Source: Guillardia theta CCMP2712
Lineage: Eukaryota > Protista > Cryptophyta
Reading direction: 5' to 3'
Length of the DNA: 32,625 bases
NCBI RefSeq assembly: GCF_000315625.1
Contig: NW_005434643.1
Span: 592,855 to 625,479, forward strand
Shown: piece after piece, positions 15,927 through 30,264 of the stretch
How positions within the stretch are numbered: the first letter of the stretch is position 1
Layout: every line of letters begins with the position of its first letter
Notes under the pieces: generated by a model
Told to the model about the DNA's origin: nothing
What the model saw: only the letters and a program-made list of their open reading frames with translations
Database searches by the model: none
Program-made: the position numbers and the translations under genes

Positions 15927-17641
15927 ATGGCGGATTCACCAAATGAAGGAAGTCAGGGGATTTGGAAAGAAGGCAGTCAGGAGGGTGTGTTGTAACCAGG
16001 ATAGTAAAGCAGACTAGAGGCTAAGCATTGGAGAGGAACAGTATAAAATGTTCTTGGGGGAGACATTTTCTTCTCTTTGGGGTCCATTGTATTTGCTGAT
16101 TTGATTTCGTTACCGAATCTGCGTACATGTGCTAAGATAAAACCATTTTCTTGTAATGCAAGGACTCTATTGTTCTGAATGGTGAAGGAAAAACAATTTT
16201 TGGATTTGTTATAGTCGATTGGAAATCCGATCCACAAGATGCAATGCATTGTTAACAATCTTCGTGTGTTGACTTCATTGTATGTTGGATCCTGATTTCC
16301 TATTTACACTAGGGGAGTGAAAAGTTTTGCGGCAAGGTGTGGACGAAGCAGCGATTTGTGATACAAGGAGGTATTCTTGTCCAATGACATGCAGGACGCA
16401 ACAGTTGGGACGAATGGCTGCCACATGCAAATCAACAACCTCATGAGCCCAAGTGTTGAGACCGTCTCGATCACTTGGAAGATGGCATGAGTCTGAACGT
16501 GCTTGTGCTCATGGAGCGAATATCCGACGGCCAAAGTTCTCCAGCTGAGGTTTCGACTTCGGGATTGTTTCAGAGGCTCAGGCACAACACGGAGCTCAGG
16601 CAGTGGTTCGAAGGATCTTGGTTGTGTAGCTGCAGCGGCCCCAGAAACGCGCCGCAGTCAAGTCTTGGTTTCATGTTTTCGAAGAGAAGCGAGCATGGCA
16701 ATCCGTCCGTGCAAGAGAAGATTGAGGTCAACTCCTCGACTTTCGACATGTCACTTGAAGAGGAAGGAGAAGAAGTCTACTCAAGGCGAAAGTGTCTCGG
16801 GCTGATCATGAAAGCCAGCCTGAAAGGGTAATGTTCATGACGAAGTCATATATGGAGTCTCAAAGTGAATGTTGCCTACCTTCAGGAAGCAGGGGCTGCG
16901 AATAGAAGCAGTCGCACCAGAAGGTTGATTGCTCCTGCCTCTTCCCTTTGCCTCATGCTGACCGCAGACAATGACAGGTCCTGCCAAGGATAGTGGGGTG
17001 ATCAAGGTTGGCATGTACCTGGTGAGCTTACACTAGTTGCATTGGAGAGGTTTGACACTGTCTGTCAGACGTCGATCAATGAGACCAGTCTGGTGGAGCT
17101 GGAAAAGGCACCTTGCTGCTGTCATGGACCTGTTCTGACCGAGAAGCAGGAGATGCTAGGAAACGATGACAGCTTCCAAGGGAAAGAATCGCTGTGGTTT
17201 CAGCGCATCATGTCGATCATAGAAGAGGGAGGCGACGACGTCAGAGTCACTCTAGTGAAAGATGTGATAGGCATCTCCATCGCTACCTCAGCTGACAAAC
17301 GATCTCGTCCAGGGGAAGAACAAACAGATCTCAGTCCGGCTGACAAGGAGAGAGTTGAACTGCGGTGTGAGATTCTCGGAGATGGCCCTGTCGCGCTCAG
17401 GACGCAATCTGAGGTTATAGGACAGGAGACGATGGAGGTAAACCAGGAGAATATATTGGAGCGTGAAGTAGTTGAGGGAGCGGGAAGAGGAGGAGGAGGA
17501 GGAGGAGGAGGAGGAGGGCATAAAGCCCTCAGTCAGTCACTCAAGGATGCCACGGGTCAAGCAACAAGGGAAGGCATGAGGGTTTGTATCACTAATTGGG
17601 AAATAAAGCCTCGACATACTCTCGGGCGTCGAAAAGCATGA
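15927..17641 (+). CDS. PDZ-domain protein, multi-exon; both ends uncertain
   Basis: Exons at about 16790-17260 splice to KCLGLIMKASLKG-KQGLRIEAVAPEG-PAKDSGVIKVGMYL-TSINETSLVELEK...IMSIIEEGGDDVRVTLVK, a PDZ pattern (GLG loop, GPAxxSG, VGxxLxxIN). The 5' exons could not be joined unambiguously. Confidence 0.6.
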
Positions 17642-19199
17642 GATCCTGTTGAGCAGGGGAGATGTGAGTCACTGCGCGCGATGATCAGAAGAGAGGCTCT
17701 TCCTACCTTGGCCTTCTCCCCCACTCCGATGAGCTATCAAGAAGCAGATGAAGGATGAGAGAAGAAAACATGTCAGCACACGCAACAGGGGCTGCACGTC
17801 GGATCTTTACCTTGACTGGAATCTTCAGCTCATCGACAATAGAGACGACAACCTGGTAACAGAGCGTGAGAAAGTACAATCTCCGAGAGCTGTCGGAGGG
17901 CTTACTCCTCCTTTGCTGGTCCCGTCGAGCTTCGTGAGAACAATTCCTGTCACACCCACCGCCTTGTTGAATCCTCTTGCCTGTCCTTCTTTGTCAGAAG
18001 AATGCAAGGGAGGAGGATGAACGGGTCTCCCTGACCTGATTTAGAACGTTTTGCCCTTGGGTTGCATCGACTACCAGGAGGATCTGCGGACAGACATGAT
18101 GGAAGGAAGGCACAGAGAAGCATTCGTACCTCCTTAGGCTTTCCTGGCATCTTCTTCTCGAAGACGCCCCTCACTTTCTCAAGCTCCTTCATCAGGTTCG
18201 TGTTGGTGTGAAGCCTCCCGCTCGTGTCTGCAATCAGCACATCCACCTGTGAGCATTGTGAGCTCACAGCAAAACTCTTCTTATGATAGTTTCTGTTCCT
18301 CTCATCCCTTCTTCATATGATCGACTCCTCCTCTTCTTCCTCTTTCTCCTCCTCTTCCTCTTTCTCCTCCTCTTCCTCTTTCTCCTCCTCTTCCTCTTTC
18401 TCCTCCTCTCCATCCCATCAGTCCTCACCTCCTGCGACACCGACGCATCGATCGCATCGTACATGACGGCGGCAGGGCTCTTGGGGTTGGACGTAGGCGC
18501 AAGGATGGCATTAGATCGCTTTGCCCACTCCTCCAGCTGAAGATCAGCGGCAGCACGGAAGGTATCACCAGCCGCTAGCATGACTGTCTTCCCTTCCTCA
18601 GCAAGCTTCGTAGCGATCTTCCCTACTGTCGTCGTCTTGCCCCCTCCGTTCACACCCACCATCAGGACGACCGCGGGCTTCTGGTCGTCGAGGATCAGTG
18701 CCGGGTTGCCCCCGCTCTCGAGGATCGTCACGATCGTATCCTTCATGGCCTGGCGGATCTCCTTGTAGTTCTTGATCGAGCCATTTCTCACTGACGTCAT
18801 CAGCCCCTCGCAGATCTTGGCTGAGGTGGAGACGCCAAAGTCTCGCATGATGAGCGCCTCCTCCAGCTTCTCCAGCGTCTGATCGGTCTCGTCCAGGTTC
18901 CAGTACGCCAGCAGCTCGTCGATGACTGACATGTCCGACCTGACGCTCTCCAGCCCTCGGAACAGACGGTCGATGCGATCCACATCCGCCTTGGCCTTTT
19001 CGACGATCGTCCTCGCAAATTTGGAGAAGAAGTTGTCCTGCTGCATGCGCAGACTTGTGCTTCGCCGGGCTGCGCATCTGGATGGCGACGGCAGGCGGAG
19101 GCTAGGCCGGAGAGATCCCAACTGGAAAGAGTCCACAGTGGACGCGAGGAAGGTGCAGACGAGCAGCGCAGAGAGAATCTTACTACAGCCCAGCGACAT
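17592..19199 (-). CDS. ftsY: Plastid signal recognition particle receptor cpFtsY (SRP GTPase) with bipartite targeting presequence; multi-exon
   Basis: [12 protein letters not shown]1 [67 protein letters not shown]; stop TAG at 17594-17592. N-terminus [24 protein letters not shown]|FQL followed by a Ser/Arg-rich transit peptide. An alternative upstream ATG lies at 19235. Confidence 0.95.
18326..18406. repeat. 18-bp pyrimidine tandem repeat (CTCCTCCTCTTCCTCTTT) in ftsY intron 1
   Basis: About 4 copies; explains the poly-basic tail of the unspliced ORF. Confidence 0.85.
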
Positions 19200-19792
19200 G
19201 CTTGTTAGATGCTCCCTTGTCTGCAACTGACCCATGTCAGCTCACAGAAAATCCCGCAGGAGCATGGTGCTTAAGTTTGCTTGCCAACCATGTAATATAT
19301 TCACATAATCGCGTGCTTTCACCGTGTCCCCTGTTCCCCCCACCCCTCTCAGCCTCACTCATTGCTTCTCTATAAACAACAATACCTCCCCTCTCCTCAC
19401 TTTCCATCTTATTTCTTTCTCTCCCCTCTTCCTTTTCTCCCAAAGTGCCTACCCCTTTCTCCCTCATACAGCCTATCCACCTCCACCTTCGAACCCTGTT
19501 CCTCTACTATCCTCTTCTTCTCTCGCCCCGTCTCCTCCTCTCCTCCTCCTCTCCTCATCCCCGTCTCTTCCCCCCCTCTTCTCCTCCTTCCTCCCCAGTG
19601 CCCTCATCTACCCTTGCCCAGTGCTAGGTCAAGGAGAGGCCGAGGTACCAGCACCGGTCCACAAACTATCAAAAGCAGGGGTGGCAGCCCATCGGTTATA
19701 AAGGGGAGCAAATTTTAAGGTTAATAACTCCTAAATAATGTTAATTTAACATAATTTAAAATTAATATCTGGGTGGGTGGGTCAAAAATTGA

Positions 19793-19800
19793 TATATAAT
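19793..19800 (+). promoter_or_regulatory. TATA-like element upstream of tRNA-Trp
   Basis: TATATAAT at -33 to -26 relative to the tRNA 5' end, in an AT-rich flank; this position is typical of plant and some other eukaryotic tRNA genes. Confidence 0.5.
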
Positions 19801-19825
19801 GTTAAATTTGACCACGGGTAGACAT

Positions 19826-19897
19826 GACGTGGTGGCGCAATGGTAGCGCGTTCGACTCCAGATCGAAAGGTTGGGGGTTCGATTCCCTCTCGCGTCA
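19826..19897 (+). tRNA. trnW: tRNA-Trp (anticodon CCA), intronless
   Basis: Cloverleaf: acceptor GACGTGG/TCGCGTC, D arm GCGC-AATGGTA-GCGC, anticodon arm TTCGA-CTCCAGA-TCGAA, T arm GGGGG-TTCGATT-CCCTC, discriminator A; no encoded CCA. Confidence 0.96.
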
Positions 19898-19899
19898 GC

Positions 19900-19904
19900 T
19901 TTTT
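19900..19904 (+). terminator. RNA polymerase III terminator (T5)
   Basis: TTTTT two nucleotides after the tRNA 3' end. Confidence 0.8.
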
Positions 19905-19914
19905 GTATGCAGGC

Positions 19915-20270
19915 ACTCAGTGACTGGCCGGGCAGGGCCCTGGCGGGATCAGTGACGGTTCAACGGTTACATTTTGAAAGTAATCAGTAAACGGGCCCCC
20001 CGGACGCCTGTCGTCACTGACAGTGCGACTCACTGGCCTGGTGATTTTTACTAGGCTCGACTCTGGCGGCAGCCTGATTGTCCTCGTCACACTACTGATT
20101 TTAACTTAACTTTGAGTAAAGGCCGCACAAATGATCGGGCCGGGGGCCTGAGTCCGAGCAGTCCGTGAGGGCCTCAGGGCCGCTGGCGGGCGCCCGGGCC
20201 GCCAGGCGCCCGGGCCGCCAGGCGCCCGGGCCGGGCCGGGCTGATCAGCGGCCATTAGGGGCCGCAGCAA
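19915..20270. other. GC-rich palindrome-dense non-coding island 2
   Basis: Same short-word vocabulary as island 1 (TCAGTGAC, TTTAACTTAA, GATCGG); 16-bp tandem GGCGCCCGGGCCGCCA at 20189-20233. Confidence 0.75.
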
Positions 20271-20437
20271 TACTCAACCAATAAACTATTTTGATCTGTA
20301 GGAGATTCTATATAAAGCTCATGGATAGTACCGGTGATATGAAAGGTCAAAAAGGGGGTAGAGGGTTGTATCGGAAACAAACTTGTATTGTGCCCTGTGA
20401 TATATCTGCTGCAGTTGCCGACGGGCGCAGGTTATGC

Positions 20438-21676
20438 ATGGGGAACGAGGCGTCGCGCGAGGGATGCATGGACATGTGCAGGTGAGGAGAGAGACGGAGA
20501 GCATGCGAAGTGAAGAGAGAGAAGCGATCATGCAGTGCGAAGCCAAGAAGGAAGAGATCGTGCATTATGGCTGGAGTTTGCTGGTGACGGAATGGGAAAG
20601 TGGTTATGAACGATCCGTTCCTCAGAGCAAACGAGGGAGGAGAGGGTCAGAGGGAGGAGGAGATGAAGAGGAAAGGAGGTAATATGCAAAGAAGGAGCGA
20701 GGTAGAGGGGAGGAGTACGAGGAGGTGGGATGAGATGAGGGGAGGAGAGGGATTTGATACCGTGAAGTTGGGATTGGAGGTTTGTGGGGAGAAGAACTGA
20801 ATGTAACAAAGACACCTGCGTGCCGGTCTAACCTGTCATGTAGTGGCGGTCACGAGAAGAAGATGCTCGCCAAGAGCTCTTCTACCCCCAAGACTCACTC
20901 AGCAGGTGAGATGAGCGTGTTGTTAACTTGCCTTCCATATGTCGATCCCAGTAGCGACCATTCCTAGCATCTTACTCAAGGACGATAGCGATAAGAGAGT
21001 CTGGAGAGCTTGTGGGAGCTGACGCATGCACAGGGATCGGAGCAGTCTTCGGAGTGGACGCGTCGGGGGCTGTGTTCTTCAACACGGCTGTGATGCACGG
21101 CACTTGTGCCCTCGCGCTCTGACCCCACACTGCCAGGTGCCTGGTAGCTCGTGCGGCGATGCAGCACAGCAGGGCAAGCTGAAACCTGGCGACATCCTCT
21201 ATGCGGTGAGATTATGGGAGGAGGGAGGACAAGGGCGGAGCGGGCATGACGGCGGGAGAAGGTTGGGGTAAAGTGAGGAAAGTGGTGGAGGGTAACGAGG
21301 AGGAATCAGTGAAGGTGGTGGAGGGGAGAGAAGGAGGGTTGAAGCATGACAGGTCGATGGCTTCACTGTGTACAAGGCTCCTCTGAACCTGGTGGCGAGC
21401 AAGCTGCTGGGCCCTCACGGCTCTCGGGCAAAGGTGACTTTCATGCGAGGATCGGTAGGAGAACTTGAGGATGGAGGGAGAGGAAGTGAAGCGAAGACGC
21501 AGGAGCAGATCACGCTGGACCTGGAGAGGAGGATGACGGACATGCAGGCAAGTCGCTGTGGGCGGCTGAAGTTGCCGCTGACGGGGATGCAGGCGGCTCA
21601 GAAAGCGGTGTCTCAGGCAAAGGAGAGCTCAGGTCTTGATAAGATTCGATATGCGCATGAGACGTTGGGGAATTGA
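20438..21676 (+). CDS. Small PDZ-domain protein with predicted N-myristoylation; multi-exon
   Basis: Exon 20438-20481 joins 20844 in frame: [110 protein letters not shown]; GIG loop, GDxLxxVDG and GxxGSxVxxxF PDZ motifs. Stop 21674-21676. Confidence 0.85.
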
Positions 21677-21794
21677 CGAGGTTTTGTTGTAATTATTGTA
21701 TCATCAATGAAGAGAGACAAGGCGGACTGTTTGTTGCAGGGATGTACCATCATCGTTGAGACGCGCGATCTTTTCAGGATGAAGTTTCTTGTCA

Positions 21795-24882
<3,088 letters not shown>

Positions 24883-25475
24883 GCTGTGCAGAACCGAGGA
24901 AGTGTTTGCTGATGATGACCGGACTGTCTCTCTCCAGTCGATAGCTCGCCTCCTGTACGCTTGAGAAAACCTGTACCTCAATCGTCCTCCATCCAGGTCG
25001 CGCAAGGGCAAGGAGCCATACAGCCAGGTTGTGATGGATTCATTGCTCCGGTTCGATGGCTATCCCCTGACAATATACGATGCTGTCCGAGGTTCTGCTC
25101 TGGTGTATCCCTGGTATAGGAGCAGAATAATCAGTTACCTGCTCTTAGAGATCAACATCTATTCGGCCTTCTCCTCTGCACTTTCCGATCCACTCGTTTC
25201 CCCTGCTTTACTGCTTCCACCTTCTCCTCTGGCCTTCCTTCTCTCGGTCTACTAAATGTTCCCTTCCCCCTCTTTCTTGATATTGCTCTCCCACCCACTG
25301 CTCCTAGTCATTAGCTTGCTATCTTCTTTGTTTTCCTTTCAGAAGTTCAGAGTTCAGCCCCCCCCATCCTCTCCCACTCCTCCGTTTCCGAAGTTCTGAG
25401 GCTCATCCATATATATGACTCATCCAGTTCCCTCCTAACCCCCTCCTACCCCCGCTCGTTCCGGGGCTGCCACTC

Positions 25476-25595
25476 CACCACCACCACCACCACCACCACC
25501 ACCACCACCACCTCCTCCTCCTCCTCCTCCTCCTCCTCCTCCTCCTCCTCCTCCTCCTCTTCCTCTTCCTCTTCCTCCTCCTCTTCCTCCTCCTC
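25476..25595. repeat. Compound (CCA)n(CCT)n microsatellite
   Basis: Seen directly, upstream of the J-domain gene. Confidence 0.9.
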
Positions 25596-25999
25596 TGCTA
25601 CCCCGCCATTCCTCACTCCTCCGTCCCTCTATTCTCCATCGAAAAAAAACGTCATTCCACTCTCACCACCCTCTCTATGGGTACCCCCACCCCCACTTTT
25701 ACTCCCAGTCCCTCGGTGACTACCCACTCCTACCCCTCTTTATTGCTCTTTGGGTACATTGTACGTACCCCCACCCACTCGTTTCTACGACCCTTGCTAC
25801 CTACCTACAAGCCCCTCTCAAACTCTCTACAAACCACCCCTCCTTCGCCCTATCCGACTGCGTCTACCTACGTCTTATGGACCTTTTGTCTTCACCTTTC
25901 ACCGGCCCACCCTACCGGCCCACCCACCCGGTGCCTTCTATCAGTGACAGTAAACCACCCTGGTGATCCACCTACCCCCTACCCCTCGATCAATGTCAC

Positions 26000-27480
26000 C
26001 GGGCACTACTAAAGCGGTGCTACGGTGGGCCGCGCCGCACATCTCAGTTTGGGGGACAGCAGTCGGCAGGATTAGGTTTGGTTCGTCCGGCGGCCTCCCG
26101 GGCTCGGAGTCCCGAGTCCGGCGGGCCGGGTTCTCAGCCGTACGGTACTAGTTCAGTCCGATGATCGTGCCGGTACGGTAAATTAAATTTTGAACCGTAA
26201 AGAACTTGTGACCAGAGATTGCTGCCGCGAGATTGGAACATCCGTTTCAAGGCATCTGAAGATAATTTGCAGTTGTACCTTGTTCGCCGATCCAGAAGTA
26301 GCTCCAGTTATGCATGCCACAGCCTAGCTCCATGACATGAAACTTCCGCCAGATCTCCTGGTAGTTCCATGTGATCCTACTCAAAGATCAAGAAAATAAG
26401 AATCGAATCAGCTTCAAGTGCGTTTCCACACGGTTAAGCAGATATTCGACCGACCAATCTGGCTGGGGAAAGGCTTGTTTTTCCTATTCGAAGATCAATC
26501 AAACAAATTGAGGCTGGGATGAGAGGCCTAAGCAACTTGCGGCTAGAGAGAGAGCCTGATTGAAGAGAAGAGTCATCCGAATGTGTAAGGCTTGATAGAA
26601 AGTTGCATGAATTTTCAACAGTAACGGAAAACAATACCAAGAAAGAAAAAACTTCAGTAAACAATTCAACTAACCAAATATAAGATCAACATGATTGAGC
26701 ATGTAATCGAGGCTCATAACCGACGTAATACAAGTTTGTTAGACTTGTACTAGTCCAAAGCCTGGCACGCAGACGTCACATCGACCTAGTTGTAACAAGA
26801 CAGTTTTTGCTCAAGACCGAGTTTAATGTACACAAAACCAGAATTGAGGAGCACATGAGAGATAGACTGTATGCTAGGATGTGAAACCCCAGCATCCAGA
26901 CATGAGGGAACCTTAGCAAGACGGCTAGGAAAGGCCCCTCTTCATCCCATGTACTACATGCCGCCTCGCCACGTAAGTCATCTTGGTTTACAGGAGAGTT
27001 TTGTTAACTCGGCGCTATCTGACTGGCACGGCTGGCATACGTTCCATCAAGTACCCCGGAACTTAGGAACGGCCCCGGCCGGCGGCCGGGCCCGGCCGCG
27101 GCCGGGTGGTCCCCGGGCGGCCGCCCGGCGGGTCCGACTCTCGCTCGGGCTCGGGCCGGCACGGTGACGGTGGCCGCCGGCCCGGCGGCCGCGTGCCTGC
27201 GAAGTTCACCGTCCGGTAACTTCGGAACCGTTGCGGCAGGCTAGGCTGCCGCCCGACAGTCGCCCCGGCCCGGAACTTCAGCCACGGCCGGGCGACCGTC
27301 CGATCACCGTGGCGCCGGCCGCGCGGCCCGCCGGTTACTAACCCAACTTACCCGGTGAGAGGGCCGCTCACAGAGTCAGCTAGTCAGGGCAGTTCGAACG
27401 GCTGCATCGATCAGTTTCCCGCGGCCCGGCGGCGCCCGGCACTGCAGCCGGGTTCCGAGTTCAGCACTGCTCTGCGAGTA
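26000..27480. other. GC-rich palindrome-dense island 3, in two blocks (about 26000-26180 and 27055-27480) around a more AT-rich insert
   Basis: CCGTACGGTAC, CCGGCCGG, CCCGGG, AAGTTCA and GAACTT words as in islands 1 and 2; no credible ORF. Confidence 0.75.
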
Positions 27481-27553
27481 AGGCAGATTCAACTTAGTTC
27501 GCAAGAGGAAGCAGCTCAGTAGTAGCACTAAAGGACGTTTACTTGGAGGGCCT

Positions 27554-29040
27554 TCATGACTTATACGCCATCTGCTTCTGCTTCACTAACTCTACGAAGT
27601 ACTTGTGGATCCTGGCGTCGCCCGTGATCTCGGGGTGGAAAGTGCAGGAGAGGATGTTGTCCTGGGAAGTCTGTGAGGGCTCGACAACCACATATGGGAA
27701 TCATTGGGATGTGGTAGTTGAGGGGATGATACGGAGGAGGGAGGAGGAGGAAGAGGTGGTGGTAGTGGTAGTGGTAGTGGTAGTGGTAGTGGTGGTGGAG
27801 GTGGACAAGAAGGAAGAGAACAAGAAGCAGTAGGAGGGGAGAATCGTACTACTGCGAGCAGTTACCTGCTGGACAAGAACAGGATGGCCCTCGTGCTCGG
27901 CCAAGATCTTGAAGTTTGGACCGCACTGCAACTCACTCACCTCAACTGTTCTGCCTGCATCACGAGGCTACACACCTTTGTGATCATAGGAGCTCGAATC
28001 AGGATCGCTCTCAACGGCTCCTCCCCGAAGATGGCAGGGTCCCCCTTGATGTGCGACTCGAAGCTGTGGACCTGCGCGCCGTATGCGTTCCTGCTCGCCC
28101 ATCATCGTATGCATCTTGCTCCTGCTCTTCTACCTCTTCACAGAATAGTCGCCCAGTCTCAGCGTCTCCTGCTCTGGCATTCCGTCGATGCTAGAAGACA
28201 GCATGATGCAACCAGCGCACGTCCCGAACATGGGGATCCCCTACAGCGCATGTCATGAAGCTCTCAAGTATGCGCATCTGCCATCACCGATGACCCATAG
28301 GCCTTGACATGCTCGAACAACTTGAAGTCTCGCAGCAGCTTCAAGATGACGGTGCTCTCCCCCCCGGGGATCACCAGCCCGTGTGTGCCCTCCAAGTCCT
28401 CGTTCCCCATGTCAGTCTCCTCCCTCTCTCAAGACCTTGTGCATCACCTGCAGCTTCCTAACTTCACGGCACTTGACGTCCCCGCACTTCTTCAGAGTAG
28501 CTATGTGCTCCGCAAAATCACCCTGCAGGAAATTCGAGCAAAGTCAAGTGCGCTTCAGGAGCTATTCTTGAGCTGTTGAGTGTGAAAGAGCGACCAAAGT
28601 CTTTGAACGTTCACAAGATTGAGCTTGCAGAACATGTTCTTCGCATATCTCCCTCCTCTTCCACCATCAATATCCGACCTCTTCCAACGAATGGTGCAAA
28701 ATAGGGCGAGAAAGCATATTTCTTTCTCCTCGTATAACTCGAACCACCCAAACAAGAATACTGCTCTCCTTCATTTGGCTTTTCCTGGAAATCCAACAAA
28801 TCCAGCCTCGCACAGCTTAACTTCTGAGAACTTCACAAGACTTCATGCTGATCAACAATTTTCCCATCTCTGAACATCCATCTTGTGTTCTTCTTCATCA
28901 TCGTCTCCTCCTCTCCTCCCTCCGCAACATCATCCCTTCTCTCCTTGTCCCCTTCTCCTCCTGTCGCCTTCCCTCCTCCTCTTCCTCCTCCTCCTCCTCC
29001 TCACCTGCAACGCAAGCACTCCGATCACGATCTCCGCCAT
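27554..29040 (-). CDS. PDX2: Pyridoxal 5'-phosphate synthase glutaminase subunit (PDX2/SNO/PdxT), multi-exon
   Basis: Exon 1 (29040-29005) MAEIVIGVLALQ joins GDFAEH; then GLVIPGGEST, FGTCAGCIML (catalytic Cys), RNAYGAQVHSF, LIRAP and TFHPE (catalytic His-Glu). Stop TGA 27556-27554. Confidence 0.95.
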
Positions 29041-29477
29041 AGAGCTCCTTTATGAGGCCACAACCCACCCGGGCCTTTACACATACATTTTGTACCTACC
29101 CTACTCCATTGATGATTTTTGCACTCAAAAGCACCCGTACTTTCAAGCTTTAGTTCCCTGCACCTCCAAAGGACCCACCGTTCACAGCATGTGCAGGCGT
29201 TACATGCGTTACATACGTTATAGACGTTGACTTGAAAAAATTCCAACAAAATATGCATTGGAGTGGGAGGAGGGAGGAGGGAGGAGGGAAGATGAGACGA
29301 GAAGGAGGAGAGATGAGACGAGTTTGGTAGGGAGCAAGATTTTCGTGGTAGGGTCAAGTGCTAGGATGGGGAGGGGAGGGGAGGGAGTGAAGACGGTGGA
29401 AGGAGGACGAGGATAAGGAACGTTATAAGTTCGAAGACGTGACAGATGTTGTCAGGTTCAGAAGAATCAGGCACATC

Positions 29478-29936
29478 ATGACAAAGGACGGTGGAGCCAA
29501 TCTGAGACAAGGGAAGATGGAGGACGTGGAGACCATCGCGAACTTCAACTGTGCGATGGCAGAAGAAACGGAGGGCTTACAGCTTGATCGGGGTGTAGTG
29601 ATAAAAGGGGTGCAGGCAGTCATGTTGGACGCAGCCAAGGGCAGGTACTACGTGATCGAAGAGGAAGGGCAGGTTGTCTCATGCCTCCTCATCACCTTCG
29701 AGTGGAGTGATTGGAGGAACAGCAACTATTGGTGGATACAGTCGGTATATACTCATCCGTCATACAGGAGGAAGGGGCACTTTAGCAAGCTGTTCAAGCA
29801 TGTGGTGACGGAGGGAAGAGCAGCAGGGGCAGCAGCCGTTCGGCTCTATGCTGACAGTCAGAACTTGAGGGCTCAGGAAGTGTACAGGAAGCTTGGGATG
29901 ACCTCGCACTACCTTGTCTTCGAGACTCAATGCTGA
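29478..29936 (+). CDS. GNAT-family N-acetyltransferase, single coding exon
   Basis: NCAMAEETEGLQLD, ITFEWSDWRN, WWIQSVYTHPSYRRKGHF (acetyl-CoA motif A), RLYADSQNLRAQEVYRKLGM. Confidence 0.92.
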   Translation: MTKDGGANLRQGKMEDVETIANFNCAMAEETEGLQLDRGVVIKGVQAVMLDAAKGRYYVIEEEGQVVSCLLITFEWSDWRNSNYWWIQSVYTHPSYRRKGHFSKLFKHVVTEGRAAGAAAVRLYADSQNLRAQEVYRKLGMTSHYLVFETQC

Positions 29937-30264
29937 CGTCAGCTGTGAGCGTTGATGTGGTAAGATCGGAGCTTGTTGTTTGAGAGGTGCCAAGACTGCA
30001 GTTGAAATATTAGTAGGTCATTGTAGATTTATTTGTTCACATTGTTTGTCGCGTTGTTACCCTAGACTTGTCTGATGTAGCAGTTGCGCTGGAGCAGCGA
30101 GAGGCAAAGCAATCGAGCAGTTTTAACATCTTACAATATTCGAGCTTGAGAAACGAGGAGGAAGAAAGGCAGGGGGAAGAGGAGGGGGAAGGGGGGGGGA
30201 CAAAAGATGGAGAATTGCTACTAGTACAGGATGAGAAGACAGGAAAGACTGTGGGCTCCTCCAT

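Noticed and set aside
19826-20270. tRNA-Trp as an integration site or SINE head
   Set aside because: The tRNA is intact with its own T5 terminator; no duplicated tRNA 3' end, integrase or poly-A tail was seen.
28530-29004. Long PDX2 intron 1 hosting a snoRNA or nested ORF
   Set aside because: No convincing C/D or H/ACA box arrangement, and the short ORFs lack motifs.
29478-29936. Intronless GNAT as recent horizontal transfer or retrogene
   Set aside because: Neighbouring genes have equally long or longer exons (ChAP exon 2 about 1.6 kb, ftsY exon 1 about 770 nt) and composition is not distinct; needs phylogeny.
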